Shown: piece by piece, positions 62,601 to 64,000 of the stretch
How the letters are laid out: each line of letters begins with the position of its first letter
Position numbering within the stretch: position 1 is the first letter of the stretch
Source: an uncultured Chloroflexia bacterium
GTDB taxonomy: Bacteria > Chloroflexota > Anaerolineae > CG2-30-64-16
Assembly (NCBI GenBank): GCA_963774265.1
Contig: CAVZDU010000001.1
Coordinates: 1,024,001-1,088,000, forward strand
Direction: 5' to 3'
DNA: 64,000 bases
Notes under the pieces: model-generated
The model's database searches: none
Seen by the model: the letters and a program-made list of their open reading frames with translations, nothing else
Told to the model about the DNA's origin: nothing
Translations under genes and position numbers: made by a program

Positions 62601-63420
62601 GACAACACCTTCATCTCGCCCAGGCACCATGAACTCAACACCCTGCCCCATCGACTGCGCGGTCGGTGGCCGCTGCCTGGTGCCGTCGGGCTGCATCGAG
62701 TATCACGGCCCACACCTGCCGTTCGGCGTTGACACGCTGATCGTCGAGGAACTCTGCCAACGCGTGGCTGGGCGTGTGGATGCGGTGGTCGCGCCGCCTT
62801 TCTGGTACGGGCCGACCGGTTACGCGGTCAGCGGACCGGAAAGGGGCACGGTGGATGTCTCGACCGAGCGATTCGGCCGTCACGTCAAGGATGTGCTGGC
62901 CAGTTTCTGGGACATCGGTTTCAAGTGGATCATCGTCTGCCAGCACCACCAGCAGCTCGATGGGCCGGAGGCGCTGGCGATCCGCCAGGCCGCGGCCGAG
63001 GTGACCTTCGAGAAAACGCACGCCGAACGCGGACATGCCTGGTGGGGCAAGGCGCCGCTTCCTCTTGGGGACAACGTCTTCGAGCGCATCCAGGTCTGGC
63101 CATCGGTGCTGCCGGCAGCCGCGGAACGGGCCGGTGTCGTGATGGCCGACCACGCCGGGTTCTACGAGACGGCGCTGATTCTGGGGCGCCAGACCGCGAC
63201 CTGGTCGACCTGGGCAGGCTGGGGATGGATGCGCCGTGGTACACCAACACGCCGAGTCCAAGGCACGCAAGGCCACCCGCGAAGCCGGGGTGCGGATGTT
63301 CGACGCCATGGTCGACGCATGGGTCGAAAAGCTGACTGCTATGCTGCGTCCGAAGCGGCCGACGCCGAAAGATGTGACGATCAGCGGGCTTGTTCTAGGA
63401 CGTTTCAGGACAGCGAGTGA
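62590..63420 (+). CDS. Creatininase family amidohydrolase (frameshifts, ends approximate)
   Basis: GCIEYHGPHLPFGVD and DHAGFYETAL. Confidence 0.85.
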   Translation: MQRLTTPSSRPGTMNSTPCPIDCAVGGRCLVPSGCIEYHGPHLPFGVDTLIVEELCQRVAGRVDAVVAPPFWYGPTGYAVSGPERGTVDVSTERFGRHVKDVLASFWDIGFKWIIVCQHHQQLDGPEALAIRQAAAEVTFEKTHAERGHAWWGKAPLPLGDNVFERIQVWPSVLPAAAERAGVVMADHAGFYETALILGRQTATWSTWAGWGWMRRGTPTRRVQGTQGHPRSRGADVRRHGRRMGRKADCYAASEAADAERCDDQRACSRTFQDSE

Positions 63421-63431
63421 GGATCGGCAAC

Positions 63432-64000
63432 ATGCCCAAAGCGATGATGACCCCCCGCGAGCGAGTGCTCGCCAGCATCCGCCACCAGGAGCCGGATCGC
63501 GTGCCGGTGGACCTGGGCGCGACGCCGAGCTCGGGCATCTCGACCATCGCGTACTACAACCTGAAACAGTATCTCGGCATCACCGAGGGGCACACGCGCG
63601 TCTACGACGTGGTGCAGCAGCTTGCCCAACCGGAGGATGGTCATTCTCGACCGGTTCGGGATCGACGTGGTCGATGTGGGGCGGACGTTCAACACGGTGG
63701 ATGAGGATTGGTACGACATTGCGCTGCCGCCCGGTCCTGCCACCGGCGAGAAGATCCTTACCGTGCAGTTCCCGGCCTGGTTCCACCCCGTGCCGCGGCC
63801 GGACGGCAGTTGGGATGCCTACAGCAGCGATGGCACGCGCGTGGCCACGATGCCGATCGGCGCCACCTTTTTCGACGGCACCTGCCATCCCTACCTGGAC
63901 GGCTACCCTGCCGATTACCGCGACCTGCCGGCGGCGATGGGCAAGATCCACTGGTCGGCGCTGGTGCATAGCCCGTGGGACAGCGCGGGCCAGCCGGATT
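63432..64000 (+). CDS. URO-D/MtaA family protein 4, runs off the right edge
   Basis: MTPRERVLASIRHQEPDRVPVDLG...VYDVVQQLAQPE. Confidence 0.82.

Noticed and set aside
1-64000. tRNA, rRNA, CRISPR array or intact IS element
   Set aside because: No cloverleaf, rRNA-like tract, repeat-spacer periodicity or transposase motif was found by eye, and intergenic gaps are short.

Overview
GC-rich bacterial chromosome segment, inferred to be Chloroflexota (Anaerolineae-like) from gene content and style: mevalonate kinase, GT39/DUF2723 glycosyltransferases, Pro/Thr-rich lipoprotein linkers, apparent leaderless TANNNT promoters and multiple URO-D-family paralogues. It holds about 60 CDS. Housekeeping genes include ftsK, xerD-punA, asnS, pdhABC, wecA/mraY-like, hisN-like, thpR, ogt, osmC and a cysteine synthase. 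Transporters include a peptide/nickel-type ABC without its ATPase, a MacAB-like exporter, an MFS protein and a divergent Amt. There is also an AbiE type IV toxin-antitoxin pair and an accessory zone (about 32.7-52.2 kb) with several gene relics. No rRNA, tRNA, CRISPR array or intact transposase was seen. Many conserved genes carry 1-bp frameshifts clustered in blocks, most likely sequencing or polishing errors. The most notable observations are: (1) a LacI-led operon with at least four URO-D/MtaA-fold genes, a rhamnose mutarotase and a creatininase-family hydrolase, a candidate uncharacterised sugar pathway; (2) mevalonate kinase followed by a UbiD decarboxylase, suggesting the archaeal-type mevalonate pathway; (3) a palindromic repeat element translated in frame inside an S9 peptidase; (4) a protein resembling eukaryotic neutral sphingomyelinase; (5) a structured leader able to occlude the start codon of a Gly-rich zinc-ribbon gene; (6) twin flavoproteins next to a B12 radical SAM enzyme. 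All family calls come from motif recognition by eye; no database searches were run.
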